The position numbers were made by a program, and so were the translations under genes. Below are positions 9,202 to 19,393 of a stretch of 42,332 bases of DNA, piece after piece; the first letter of the stretch is position 1; each line of letters opens with the position of its first letter. The notes below the pieces were generated by a model that did no database searches, had not been told where the DNA came from, and saw nothing but the letters and a program-made list of their open reading frames with translations. Source of the stretch: a candidate division TA06 bacterium JGI_Cruoil_03_38_101 (GTDB lineage: Bacteria > Hydrothermota > UBA3072); the NCBI GenBank assembly GCA_002215665.1, contig NGFL01000001.1, forward strand, positions 81,264 to 123,595, given 5' to 3'.

Positions 9202-9231
9202 TTATTATAATATTAAAAACTGGAGGTTATT

Positions 9232-9768
9232 GTGAAAATAACGCCTTTAGATATAAGAAAACAAGAATTTCGAAATTCATTTAAGGGTTATGATAAAAAT
9301 GAGGTAGATATTTTCCTTGAAATGGCTGCAAAAGAAATGGAGAATATCGTTCGTGAGAATAAGAGGATGGAAGAACAATTAAGAGAACTGGATCTTAAAA
9401 TCGAGGATTACAAAAGAATGGAAAAAACTCTTCAGGATACCCTTACCTCCGCTCAAAAAACTACTGAGGAGATAAGACGGAATGCGAGAAAAGAAGCTGA
9501 TATGATTGTTGAAAAGGCTAAAATTCAGGCTACCGAGATTGTGGATAACGCAGCCACAAAGGTTCGTAGTCTTAGAAACCAGATAATAGCTTTAAAAAAT
9601 CAAAGAGACGGATTTATTTCACAGCTTAAGGGATTTCTTTCTTCTCAATTAAAAATGCTGGAGGAAATGAAAGATATAGATATATATGAAGTAAGGAAGG
9701 AAGAACTTACAGTATCAGAAGAAACAAAAGAAACGAAGAAAAAAGTAAGAGAACTCTTTAAGAAATAA
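9232..9768 (+). CDS. divIVA: DivIVA domain protein
   Basis: ITPLDIRKQEF...GYDKNEVDIFL followed by a coiled coil. Confidence 0.9.
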   Translation: MKITPLDIRKQEFRNSFKGYDKNEVDIFLEMAAKEMENIVRENKRMEEQLRELDLKIEDYKRMEKTLQDTLTSAQKTTEEIRRNARKEADMIVEKAKIQATEIVDNAATKVRSLRNQIIALKNQRDGFISQLKGFLSSQLKMLEEMKDIDIYEVRKEELTVSEETKETKKKVRELFKK

Positions 9769-9777
9769 GGAGAGGTT

Positions 9778-10617
9778 ATGGAAGGAAGCGGGGTAAATAT
9801 AGATTTTGAATCATTGTCTCAGAGTAAAAAAGCAGTTCTTGAATCTTTAAACTTTGAAAAGCCTGATATAGGAATCATTCTTGGGTCCGGTCTGGGTGGA
9901 GTAGCAGATGAAATAGAAAAACCTGTAAAGATTTTATACAAAGATATCCCAAATTTCCCTGTATCTACCGTAAAAGGTCATGAAGGTATGTTAATTGGTG
10001 GTGAACTCAAAGGGAAAAAGGTTTGTGCTATGAAGGGAAGGTTCCATTATTATGAAGGGTATAATATTGGGAAAGTATCTTATGGGGCTCAGTTATTATG
10101 TTCTTTAGGAATTGATACTCTCATAGTCTCAAATGCTGCTGGAGGGGTTAACCCAGAATTTGAGAGGGGTGATATAATGATAATAACGGATCATATAAAT
10201 TTCTTTCCCGAGCACCCCTTAAGGGGAAAAAATGATGAACGTCTTGGCCCAAGATTTGTGGACATGTATAATGTATATGACAGGGGATTGGTCAAATTTA
10301 CAGAAGATATAGCTCTTGAAGACGGTATTAAGGTTCGAAAAGGTGTTTATTTTGGTCTCCAGGGACCTACCTTTGAAACTGCTGCCGAGTACAGAATGAT
10401 TAGAATTTTAGGGGCAGATGCAGTAGGAATGTCAACGGTGCCAGAGGTGATCGTTGCAAGATGGACGGGGACAAAGGTTCTTGGTTTATCCATAATCACC
10501 GATTTGGGACTTCCAGACACCCTCGAACCTGTAAATCAAGAGGTTGTTCTAAAGGCAGCAGGAGAGGCTGCTCCGAAGCTATCAAGGTTAGTGGTTAAAG
10601 TTGTTGAAAACCTATAA
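9778..10617 (+). CDS. punA: Purine-nucleoside phosphorylase (trimeric type)
   Basis: ILGSGLG, GRFHYYEG, GPTFETAAE, GADAVGMSTVPE. Confidence 0.93.
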   Translation: MEGSGVNIDFESLSQSKKAVLESLNFEKPDIGIILGSGLGGVADEIEKPVKILYKDIPNFPVSTVKGHEGMLIGGELKGKKVCAMKGRFHYYEGYNIGKVSYGAQLLCSLGIDTLIVSNAAGGVNPEFERGDIMIITDHINFFPEHPLRGKNDERLGPRFVDMYNVYDRGLVKFTEDIALEDGIKVRKGVYFGLQGPTFETAAEYRMIRILGADAVGMSTVPEVIVARWTGTKVLGLSIITDLGLPDTLEPVNQEVVLKAAGEAAPKLSRLVVKVVENL

Positions 10618-11476
10618 GTTAGTAGCCCTTTTAGCACTTCTCCTTTTTTCTCCAGGTTGCAAGAGAAAGAGCAATTATGAAAAAGCAATGGAGTACTATA
10701 GTTCAATGAGGACTACTCAAGCTTTACTTCTTCTTAAATATTCAAATATTCCTCGTGAGGTTTATCTTGAAGGGAAAATCTACCTCAAAATTAATGATCC
10801 AAGAAGAGCGTTAAAATCCTTTGAAAAATTGATAGAAATCGCTCCCGAGTGGAAAGAAAAAGTCCTGGTAGATTTAAAGAAGGCAGGTGAAGATGCTAAT
10901 AGAAAAAGTATGGATTTTACTGCCGTTTTGATCTACAATAAAATATTGGAATATGACCCTGATTTTGAATTGGGCATGAAGAACTTCCTCCTTGGAGATT
11001 GGTATTTTGACTCACAAAATTATGATAAAGCCATAGAGTTTTATCAAGCAGGGTTAGATTATGACTCGTTAAATGTTGAGGTAAGACTCAAGTTAGCACA
11101 ATGTTTTATTCACAATGACGATTTAGTATCCTCTTACGAGACGCTGAAGAAGGGAATGGAAACAAACTCTTATTGGCGGTTTAAATACTGGCTTGGGAAG
11201 GTTTCTTTTCAACTTGCAAAAAAGAGGTACAAAGAAGGGAATTATAATTCAGCGGAATTGTATCTTGGTGAGGTGATATCCGCCTCTCTCCCCAAAGTCT
11301 TGGTGGATGATGCCTATTTCCTCCTTGGGGATATTAGACTCAGTCAGGAGAAATACCAGGAAGCTAAGTCCTGCTACAGAGAAGTTTTGAAAATAAATAG
11401 ATTTGCAGAACCGAACATTGCAAGAGAGGCAAAAGATAGGCTAAGAATTATAGAGAATATGGAGAAAAAATCTTGA
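10601..11476 (+). CDS. TPR-repeat lipoprotein
   Basis: Lipobox-like FSPGC after a hydrophobic stretch; multiple TPR helices. Confidence 0.75.
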   Translation: MLKTYKLVALLALLLFSPGCKRKSNYEKAMEYYSSMRTTQALLLLKYSNIPREVYLEGKIYLKINDPRRALKSFEKLIEIAPEWKEKVLVDLKKAGEDANRKSMDFTAVLIYNKILEYDPDFELGMKNFLLGDWYFDSQNYDKAIEFYQAGLDYDSLNVEVRLKLAQCFIHNDDLVSSYETLKKGMETNSYWRFKYWLGKVSFQLAKKRYKEGNYNSAELYLGEVISASLPKVLVDDAYFLLGDIRLSQEKYQEAKSCYREVLKINRFAEPNIAREAKDRLRIIENMEKKS

Positions 11477-12186
11477 AAAGAGTTATCCTTGGTTTCTTAT
11501 TAATAGCCTTGATTTCTTGCACCCATAACACTAAACCCACCCTTTTATCTGCAGAAGAGGAATATCAGAGGGCTTATAATTATTTCAAGAAAGGAGATTA
11601 CAAAAAAAGCATCGATCTATTCAAATTCTTCTTTAACAGACATCCAGGAAGCCAGTGGGTAGATGATGCTCAATTCTACTATTCAGAATCTTATTATCAA
11701 ATTCATGACTACACAACCGCTCTTCAAGAATTCCAGTTCCTTATTAATAATTTCCCAAGTTCAAAATGGAGTGAAAAGGCTCTTCTCAGAAAGACACAAT
11801 GCCTTGAGGAGTTTTCACCGAGAGTCCAACGAGATCAAGAGTTGACCAAACAATGTCTGGAGGCTTATGAAGAGTTTATTGCACGATATCCCTACTCTAA
11901 ATGGATAGAAGAGGCAAAAAAGGGCAGGGATAGGATCCAGGAAAAACTCAACCAAAAGCACCTTGAGATAGGAGAGATTTATATGAAGATGGGAAAGAAC
12001 GAAGCAGCCAAGATATATCTAAAAGAAGTTGTAAAAAAGAGTGAAAAATGGAAGAACAGGGCTTATCTACTATTAGGGGATATCTCACTTTCCGAAGGTA
12101 AAGATTCCCTCGCAGCCTTTTATTATGGGGAAGTAAATGGGGAATTTGAAAAAGAAGCGGCAAAAAAGTTAGAAGAAATCCAGTGA
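11473..12186 (+). CDS. bamD: Outer membrane protein assembly factor BamD
   Basis: Lipobox LISC, TPRs, HPGS..DDAQF, RDQ motif, RYPYSKW. Confidence 0.85.
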   Translation: MKRVILGFLLIALISCTHNTKPTLLSAEEEYQRAYNYFKKGDYKKSIDLFKFFFNRHPGSQWVDDAQFYYSESYYQIHDYTTALQEFQFLINNFPSSKWSEKALLRKTQCLEEFSPRVQRDQELTKQCLEAYEEFIARYPYSKWIEEAKKGRDRIQEKLNQKHLEIGEIYMKMGKNEAAKIYLKEVVKKSEKWKNRAYLLLGDISLSEGKDSLAAFYYGEVNGEFEKEAAKKLEEIQ

Positions 12187-12740
12187 AGGGAGTTTTTGGG
12201 GGTAATTTCGATCCAGTGCATATAGGGCATCTTATACTTGCTATGGATGCAATCAGGTTGTTAAAACTTGAAAAAGTTTTATTTATCCCTGCCTTTAAGT
12301 CACCATTCAAAGAGGGCTTTACCTCGACCCCATTTGAACATAGATATAAAATGTTAGAACTTGCTACCAAGGACAAATCTTTCTTTCAAGTGTTAGATAT
12401 TGAAGGTAAAAGGAAGGGAATTTCCTATACCTATGATACTTTAAAGGAGCTCAAGCAAAAAGGAGAAGAACTTTGTCTTCTCATTGGAGAAGATCAGGCA
12501 GTTGAGTTTCACAGATGGTATAGGTGGAAAGAGATCCTAAAAATGGTTGATGTCTTCGTTCTCAGAAGAAAAAAAGATCCAAAGAAATACCCTGAAGGTC
12601 TTAAGGATTTAAAATCCAGAACAATAGAGATTTCTTCAGCTGAAATAAGAGATTCTATAAGGATGGGAAAGCCCGTAGATTTTCTGCTCCTGGATAAAGT
12701 CCTTAAATATATAAGAAAACACAATTTATATAAGGAATAG
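12183..12740 (+). CDS. nadD: Nicotinate-nucleotide adenylyltransferase
   Basis: GGNFDPVHIGH, SYTYDTL, ISSAEIR. Confidence 0.95.
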   Translation: MKGVFGGNFDPVHIGHLILAMDAIRLLKLEKVLFIPAFKSPFKEGFTSTPFEHRYKMLELATKDKSFFQVLDIEGKRKGISYTYDTLKELKQKGEELCLLIGEDQAVEFHRWYRWKEILKMVDVFVLRRKKDPKKYPEGLKDLKSRTIEISSAEIRDSIRMGKPVDFLLLDKVLKYIRKHNLYKE

Positions 12741-12801
12741 TTTTTCTACCCTAACTTCTAAAGGTTTACAAAACACAAATACCTCTATTAGGTGTACCAG
12801 G

Positions 12802-12829
12802 TTGACTTTTTTTTTGGGGAGCCTATATT
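12802..12829 (+). promoter_or_regulatory. Sigma-70-type promoter of the lpt-rpoN operon, leaderless geometry
   Basis: TTGACT(12802-12807)-N16-TATATT(12824-12829)-N6-ATG(12836). Confidence 0.7.
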
Positions 12830-12835
12830 CACAAT

Positions 12836-13336
12836 ATGAAGTATATATTTATTTTGCTAATGATAGCCGGATTGTTTGGTTGTGAAAAAGAAAATAATCT
12901 GGAAATAACAAAGGAAAGCGAAAGGGTAACTTCCTTTACACTTAAGGAAGTGAATAAAAGTTCGCTTCAATGGGAGCTAAAGGGAAAAAGAGCGGTATAT
13001 TTAAGGGATACCATCGTGATATATGAATTACAATTGTTCTTCTATAATAGAGAAGGAAGTTTTACTTCAGAACTCAAAGCAGACAGTGGATACGTCTTTG
13101 AAAACACAAAAGACTTAAGAGCTATGGGGAATGTTATTGTTCAGTCAAAGGATTCTACAATTCTCTGGACAAGAGAGTTGAACTGGATACAGAAGGAACA
13201 AAAGATTCAGACAGAAAGTCCTGTAAAATATAAGAAAGGTGATAAAATTTATACTGGAAAAGGTCTGGAGTCAGACTCTGATTTGAAGCATATCATAATA
13301 AAGGAAAAATTTCAGGGGAAGGGTGAATTTGAATGA
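12836..13336 (+). CDS. lptC: LPS export periplasmic protein LptC (lipoprotein form)
   Basis: Lipobox LFGC, beta-jellyroll pattern (GNVIV...L.W...I.T..PV...G.GL), position before lptA/lptB. Confidence 0.8.
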   Translation: MKYIFILLMIAGLFGCEKENNLEITKESERVTSFTLKEVNKSSLQWELKGKRAVYLRDTIVIYELQLFFYNREGSFTSELKADSGYVFENTKDLRAMGNVIVQSKDSTILWTRELNWIQKEQKIQTESPVKYKKGDKIYTGKGLESDSDLKHIIIKEKFQGKGEFE

Positions 13337-14172
13337 TCCTTTTGATTTTAATGGTTCCTTACCAGATCCAATCTGGAACAATGGAAATTGTAAACAGAAA
13401 TAAAAATATATTCAAAAATGGAGTAAAGGTATACTCCAAAAACCTATATATAATTGCAGAAAATGGGGTTGAAACTGACAGTTCTTTGGTTCTTAAGGAT
13501 AGCGTTTATGTCGAAACCAAAGATTTTCATTTTATTGCAAACAACCTAAATTACAAAACACCCTATAGGATTTTGTTCGCCAGAGGTAACATAAAGATCT
13601 GGAGAAAGGATACTCTGAAAGGGGATTCTCTGATCTTCTACAGAGATAGTGAGTTTGGAAAAATGTTCGGAAGGCTTTTGTATATATCAGATTCAATCAC
13701 AATTCAAGGAGAATCTGGGGATTTCCATCGTGATTCCATAATCCTAAGAGGTAGACCAAAATTTACTTCTCCAAGAATAACCATTAATTCTGATTCTGCA
13801 GTTTACTTTATCAAAGATTCAACCTATAGATTTCTATCAAACGTAATTTTTGAATCTTCCAAAATTTCAGGAAATTCAGGGGAGCTAAAATATCTGGAAA
13901 ATAAGGAAAAATCTATCCTTCTGGATCATCCTATAATAATTCAGAAAAGAGACACAATAACTGGAGAGAAAATAGAAGTCAATCATAAAACAAAAATCCT
14001 GAATGCATTTAAAGGAAGAGCAGCCAACTATACAGAGAGTGGAAAGAATGTGGTATCGGGGGATACAGTCAGGGTCTATTATCAAGAGGACTCAATTGAC
14101 AGTGTAATGGTTCTCAAAAAATCAAGGGGTAGATTTACAGAAAATGAAACTGGAAGCAAGGAATCTCGTTAA
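13333..14172 (+). CDS. lptA: LptA/OstA-like beta-jellyroll protein
   Basis: Repeated short beta-strand motifs (DTLKGDSL, DTITGEKI); located between lptC and lptB. Confidence 0.65.
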   Translation: MILLILMVPYQIQSGTMEIVNRNKNIFKNGVKVYSKNLYIIAENGVETDSSLVLKDSVYVETKDFHFIANNLNYKTPYRILFARGNIKIWRKDTLKGDSLIFYRDSEFGKMFGRLLYISDSITIQGESGDFHRDSIILRGRPKFTSPRITINSDSAVYFIKDSTYRFLSNVIFESSKISGNSGELKYLENKEKSILLDHPIIIQKRDTITGEKIEVNHKTKILNAFKGRAANYTESGKNVVSGDTVRVYYQEDSIDSVMVLKKSRGRFTENETGSKESR

Positions 14173-14863
14173 GGTTTACAATAAAAAAAGAGTTGTTAAT
14201 GAGGTAAATATCGATTTAGAAAGAGGTCAGATTGTTGGTCTCCTTGGACCAAATGGAGCCGGAAAAACCACAACTTTTTATATGATTATGGGTTTCATAA
14301 GGCCTGAATCGGGGAAAATTTATCTCGATGGAAAGGATATTACCGAGAAACCAATGCACAAAAGAGCACAGTTAGGAATTGGTTATCTACCTCAAGAAGC
14401 TTCTATCTTTCGTGGCCTCTCAGTTGCAGAGAACATAATGGGGGTTCTGGAAATTCTGATCCAGGATCCCGAGAAAAGAAAAGAAAGATTTGAAGGATTA
14501 ATTCAAGAGTTTAAATTAGAGCCTATATTTGAAAGAGTAGGATATAAACTTTCTGGGGGTGAGAGAAGGAGAGTTGAAGTCGCACGAGCTCTCACATCTG
14601 ATCCCAAATTCTTGCTCCTGGATGAACCATTTACAGGAATTGACCCTATTACAAGGGAAGAACTTCAGGAAATGATTCGCAATCTCCAGAAAAAAGATAT
14701 AGGAATCCTTATAACAGACCATAATGTCCGTGAAACTTTGCAAATAACAGATAAAGCTTATCTAATGTTCGATGGAGAAATCAAGATTGAAGGTAGAGCT
14801 GATGAACTGACCGCAAATGAAACAGCCAAAAAATTGTATTTAGGAGAGAAATTTAGTCTATGA
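14144..14863 (+). CDS. lptB: LPS export ABC ATPase
   Basis: GPNGAGKTT, YLPQEASIF, LSGGERRRVE, LLDEPF, ITDHNVRETL. Confidence 0.96.
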   Translation: MKLEARNLVKVYNKKRVVNEVNIDLERGQIVGLLGPNGAGKTTTFYMIMGFIRPESGKIYLDGKDITEKPMHKRAQLGIGYLPQEASIFRGLSVAENIMGVLEILIQDPEKRKERFEGLIQEFKLEPIFERVGYKLSGGERRRVEVARALTSDPKFLLLDEPFTGIDPITREELQEMIRNLQKKDIGILITDHNVRETLQITDKAYLMFDGEIKIEGRADELTANETAKKLYLGEKFSL

Positions 14864-16257
14864 TAGGAAAGTTTTCTCGAAGTCATGAACTAAAAAATAT
14901 CCAGGAGCTCAGACAGAAATTGAGCCCAATGCAAGTGCTACGAATAAAAATTACACAGAGTCCACGCTTAGAACTGGAGCATCTTATATATCAAGAGCTC
15001 GAAGCGAATCCGATGTTGGAGTTCGTCAAAGACGATGAATTGAATGAATTTCCATATGAGGCAGAGAAAGAAGAAAAAGATCAACTTAAAAAGGCATTAA
15101 AAGAATTTTTTGAGGATGATTTTTCCACGTATTTCACACCTGCTGAATTAAAGGAACCTCCGGAAAAACAAATTCCCTATGTATCTACCCTTGCTGAAGA
15201 GTTAAAAAGTGAATTAAGAATGGAGACATCTGATGATGAGTCAATAAAAATAGGAGAATATATAATAGATTCACTGAATGACAAATGGTTTCTTGATACT
15301 CCCCCTTCATCCATTGCAGAGTATTTCGGAGTTGAAAGAGACAAAATCGAAGAGCTCCTTAAACTAATTCAGAGAATAGGTCCACCAGGAATTGCTGCTC
15401 AGGATTCGAGGGAATCAAAACAACTCCAAATGGAAAGGAATCCTGAAAAGTGGAAACTGGAACTAAAAATAGTAAAAAATTATTGGGATTTTTATAAAAA
15501 GAAAGAGATTGAAAAGCTCTCAAATTCAATAAATATAGATAGAGAAAAAATAAAAAAAGCATTCAAGAATATAGAGAAGTTGAATCCGCATCCAACAAGC
15601 AGAAATTCTGGCAGGGTTAGATATGTAATTCCAACTGTTGTTGTAAAGAGAAAGGGAGAAGATTTTGAAATAGCAATTAACGAACCAAATCTTCCCTTTA
15701 TACGACTAAACACAAAGTATCTTCAAATCCTGCAATCGCCAAGAAATTATGATAAAAAGACGGTCGGGTTTGTTGAAAAATGGCTAGAAAGAGCAAAATT
15801 TATTCTGCAGTCTCTTGAGATGAGAAAAAAGAACTTTAGGAACGTAATAAACTATATTACCCAGGAGCAAAAGGATTTCTTTAAAAGGGGTGTCCTCTTT
15901 ATGAAACCATTAAAACTTAAAGTAATAGCAGAAGCTACAAACTTAAGTGAATCTACAATTTCAAGATATATTAAGGATACCTACATCCAGACACCAAGGG
16001 GTGTTTTTCATCTAAAATATCTCTTAAGCGGTGGTATTAAGGGTGGAAATGGAATGGTTTCTACAAACGCAATCAAGGAAAAAATAAATCGAATGATTGA
16101 AATAGAAGGTGAAGAACCGTTATCAGATGAAGAGATAAATAAGAGATTAAAAATGGAAGGAATTAATATTTCGAGGCGAACGGTAACTAAATACAGAAAC
16201 CAGATGGAAATTCCGTCCCGGCCAGAAAGAAAGAAGGAGAAAAAATTAAATGAATAG
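14860..16257 (+). CDS. rpoN: RNA polymerase sigma-54 factor
   Basis: ELEANPMLE, SESTISR HTH, RpoN box ISRRTVTKYR. Confidence 0.95.
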   Translation: MIGKFSRSHELKNIQELRQKLSPMQVLRIKITQSPRLELEHLIYQELEANPMLEFVKDDELNEFPYEAEKEEKDQLKKALKEFFEDDFSTYFTPAELKEPPEKQIPYVSTLAEELKSELRMETSDDESIKIGEYIIDSLNDKWFLDTPPSSIAEYFGVERDKIEELLKLIQRIGPPGIAAQDSRESKQLQMERNPEKWKLELKIVKNYWDFYKKKEIEKLSNSINIDREKIKKAFKNIEKLNPHPTSRNSGRVRYVIPTVVVKRKGEDFEIAINEPNLPFIRLNTKYLQILQSPRNYDKKTVGFVEKWLERAKFILQSLEMRKKNFRNVINYITQEQKDFFKRGVLFMKPLKLKVIAEATNLSESTISRYIKDTYIQTPRGVFHLKYLLSGGIKGGNGMVSTNAIKEKINRMIEIEGEEPLSDEEINKRLKMEGINISRRTVTKYRNQMEIPSRPERKKEKKLNE

Positions 16258-16963
16258 AGAAGAGATTGGAGATATAGCAAGATTAATATCGAAAGCTGCA
16301 AAGAAGAGCCCCTCAAGAGTTTATATCAAAGGGAATATTTCTTCAAACTTACTTAGAAATCAGCCTTTCCAGTCATTCGAAGGGAAAGATTTCTTTCTTC
16401 TGATCGGTGATTGGCAGGAAATAAATAAGTGGTTGAAAAAAAACAAAGATAAAATTACAGAAACGAATATTTCTATTGAAGGGAGATATTCTGCATTGCC
16501 CTTGAAGGACTTATCAACTATTGAGGCAAGAGTGGAACCTGGAGCAATTATAAGAGAAGGAGCAGAAATTGGAAGGGATTGTATAATTATGATGGGTGCG
16601 GTGATAAACGTAGGAGCTCACATCAAAGAGAGAACAATGGTTGATATGAACGCAGTAATCGGTGCAGGGGCAGAAATTGGGAAGGACTGCCATATAGGAG
16701 CTGGCTCTGTAATTGCAGGAGTCCTGGAACCACCTTCTAAGAAGCCCGTTATCATCGAAGACTCTGTCCTCATAGGAGCAAATGCAGTAGTTCTTGAAGG
16801 AGTTAGAGTTGGAAAAGAGGCAATAATAGCAGCCGGTTCAGTTGTCATTGAAGACGTTCCAGAAGGTAAAGTTGTTGCTGGCATCCCGGCAACCATCATA
16901 AAATCAACCTCAGAAGTCAGTGAAGAGAAAAAATCAATTTTAAAGGATTTAAGAAATAGATGA
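16250..16963 (+). CDS. dapH: Tetrahydrodipicolinate N-acetyltransferase
   Basis: DapH N-domain, ARVEPGAIIR, hexapeptide repeats, AGVLEPPS. Confidence 0.9.
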   Translation: MNREEIGDIARLISKAAKKSPSRVYIKGNISSNLLRNQPFQSFEGKDFFLLIGDWQEINKWLKKNKDKITETNISIEGRYSALPLKDLSTIEARVEPGAIIREGAEIGRDCIIMMGAVINVGAHIKERTMVDMNAVIGAGAEIGKDCHIGAGSVIAGVLEPPSKKPVIIEDSVLIGANAVVLEGVRVGKEAIIAAGSVVIEDVPEGKVVAGIPATIIKSTSEVSEEKKSILKDLRNR

Positions 16964-18960
16964 AAAAGAGGATAAATTGCATCCTGGATATTCTAAAGAG
17001 AGCTCCTTCTCCTTTCATCTCTATTCAAAGCCTTAAAAGAAAATGCGGAAAAAATATAGATTCTCTCCTTAAGAAACTCGAGAAAGAAGGAAAAGTTGTA
17101 TCAAAAGGTAAAAAATACTCAATTCCTGAGAGAGCAGGTTATATTAAAGGAATTTTCGATGGGAAAAGAGAGGGCTATGGTTTCTTGATGCCAGCAGGAG
17201 ATATGAAAGACCTCTTTATCTCTCCAAATGATACATACACTGCACTCAACACCGATTTAATCCTTGCGAAAAAGACAAGAAAATCCAGAGGTCGCTGGAA
17301 AGCAAGAGTTGTGCAGATAATTGAGAGAGGAAGAGAATACTTTTTAGGTAAAATCATTTCAGTTGACGACAAATTAGTATTTCAGCCCAATGATAAGGAC
17401 ATTCCTTATTATTTTGAACTGGAAAATGCCAATAGAGTTAAAGAAGGTGATTGGGTTATTGCCAAATTCTTAAAATGGACAACCCCTACCCTCTCTCCTC
17501 TCGTAAAGTTCTCAAAGAAAATCCACAAGGATAACCTCTACGATATAATTGTAAACCAGGAATACAAGCTTCGTCATACATTTCCCAAACCAGTAATAAA
17601 GGAGGTAAAGAAGGTTCCCCCTGGTGATTCAAAGGAGAGAGAAGATTTTAGTAATCTTGCAACTTTTACGATTGATCCCGTAGATGCAAAGGATCTGGAC
17701 GATGCCATTTCAATAAGAAAAGACCACAAGAATTATCACCTCTGGGTTCATATATCAGATGTCTCCAGAATGGTAAAAAGGGACTCAGCAATTGATAAAG
17801 AAGCCAAAAGCAGGGGTTGCACCACATACCTCCCAAATGATACCTACTTTATGCTACCGCCTGTAATCACAAAAAAGTTAAGTCTACAACAAGGGAAAGT
17901 GTGTCCTGCTATAACTGTTTACATTTCATTTGATAGAGATGGAAAACCTCGGGAGAAAAAATTCTACAAATCCCTGGTTAAATCAGATAAGAAGTTTAGT
18001 TACCAGGAAGCTCAAAATATCCTTGAAGGGAAAGCTCCTTCAAAGTTTAAAGGGGACCTGAAAATTGCGTCAGAGCTGGCGAGAATTCTATCACTGAAGA
18101 GAAACCAGGAGGGTTATCTGGACTTTCATAGAGAGGAAGTAAAGGTAGAACTCGAAGATTCTCATCCTGCAGGTGTCTCTCCAAAAAGAGAACTATGGAC
18201 AAATCAAATTATTGAACAATTTATGATTGCCGCCAATGAGGCTGTAGCAGAAAGGTCGAAAGCGAATAAAACACCTAACATCTACAGAATCCATGAAGAA
18301 CCTGATAGGATGGAATTAGAACGATTCAAGGATTTGGTAGAATCCCTTGGTTTCAGCCTTGAATCCATTAAACGAGAAGACCTTTCCAATTTCCTTAGCG
18401 AAATCAAAGGTTCTACCTATGAAAGAATTTTAAACTATGAGTTGCTCAGGTGCATGAAGAAGGCAAGATACATTGCTCATCCCGAGCCCCATTATGGTCT
18501 TGCCTCAAATCTTTATACACATTTTACTTCTCCAGTCAGGAGATATCCAGATCTCATTGTTCAGAGGATACTGTTTGGAGAAAAATACTCAGAAGAAGAA
18601 CTGGAAGGTATAGCTGACCATTCCACAAAACAGGAATGGTCTTCAGACGAAGCTGAACGCGAGGTTACAAACTTCTATATCCTTAAGTATTTAGAGGAAA
18701 ATAAATGGGAAAAGTATAGAGGAATGGTTGTAGATATTGCCTCCGATGGAATATGGGTAGAGCTGAATGAATATCTTGTAAGAGGCTTTATTCCAATAAA
18801 ATTGCTCCCCCCTGATGAGTATAAAATCAAGAATCATGCTCTCTCTGGAAAACGTCATAATTTTCAAATTGGCGACCTTTTATTCTCAAGAATTTACACG
18901 GTCTTCCCGGAAACAGGAGAGTTGACACTGGAATATTCAGGTAAGATCAAAAGAGTATAA
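16960..18960 (+). CDS. rnr: Ribonuclease R / RNase II family exoribonuclease
   Basis: CSD (GYGF), TIDPVDAKDLDDA, YTHFTSPVRRYPDL, C-terminal S1. Confidence 0.92.
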   Translation: MKKRINCILDILKRAPSPFISIQSLKRKCGKNIDSLLKKLEKEGKVVSKGKKYSIPERAGYIKGIFDGKREGYGFLMPAGDMKDLFISPNDTYTALNTDLILAKKTRKSRGRWKARVVQIIERGREYFLGKIISVDDKLVFQPNDKDIPYYFELENANRVKEGDWVIAKFLKWTTPTLSPLVKFSKKIHKDNLYDIIVNQEYKLRHTFPKPVIKEVKKVPPGDSKEREDFSNLATFTIDPVDAKDLDDAISIRKDHKNYHLWVHISDVSRMVKRDSAIDKEAKSRGCTTYLPNDTYFMLPPVITKKLSLQQGKVCPAITVYISFDRDGKPREKKFYKSLVKSDKKFSYQEAQNILEGKAPSKFKGDLKIASELARILSLKRNQEGYLDFHREEVKVELEDSHPAGVSPKRELWTNQIIEQFMIAANEAVAERSKANKTPNIYRIHEEPDRMELERFKDLVESLGFSLESIKREDLSNFLSEIKGSTYERILNYELLRCMKKARYIAHPEPHYGLASNLYTHFTSPVRRYPDLIVQRILFGEKYSEEELEGIADHSTKQEWSSDEAEREVTNFYILKYLEENKWEKYRGMVVDIASDGIWVELNEYLVRGFIPIKLLPPDEYKIKNHALSGKRHNFQIGDLLFSRIYTVFPETGELTLEYSGKIKRV

Positions 18961-18966
18961 AGAAAA

Positions 18967-19392
18967 TTACAACTCCCTTGAATTTGTTTTTACAATTTCT
19001 ACAACTTCAGGAAGGATCGATCCAGATTTCAGAATCTTCTTATCCACCAATTTAAAGATCAAGAAATACAAAATCAAAATCCCAAATCCCCAGAGAAAAC
19101 CCGATACATCACTTCCCCATAAAAACTCTCCAAAAAGAATACCTCCGATAAGGAGTAGAAGAGGAAGAATGAAATTTAGCACAGTGGCAAGGATTAAATT
19201 TTTTCTATTCGTTTCAATTTCTACAACATCACCAATTCTCGCACCTTTTTTATTATTGCAGATAATTTCCCTGCCTTTCTCCCCCATCCTGCAGAATCTT
19301 GAAAAATCACAGGAATGGCATTCTATTCCTTCCTCAATGAGGACAATTGCTTTATTCTCGTTAATCCTTACAACCACCCCTTTTCGTTCCAT
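18967..19392 (-). CDS. rseC: RseC/MucC family protein
   Basis: CxxCx4C (CHSCDFSRFC), GDVVEI, two TM helices. Confidence 0.8.
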   Translation of the reverse strand: MERKGVVVRINENKAIVLIEEGIECHSCDFSRFCRMGEKGREIICNNKKGARIGDVVEIETNRKNLILATVLNFILPLLLLIGGILFGEFLWGSDVSGFLWGFGILILYFLIFKLVDKKILKSGSILPEVVEIVKTNSREL

Positions 19393-19393
19393 A

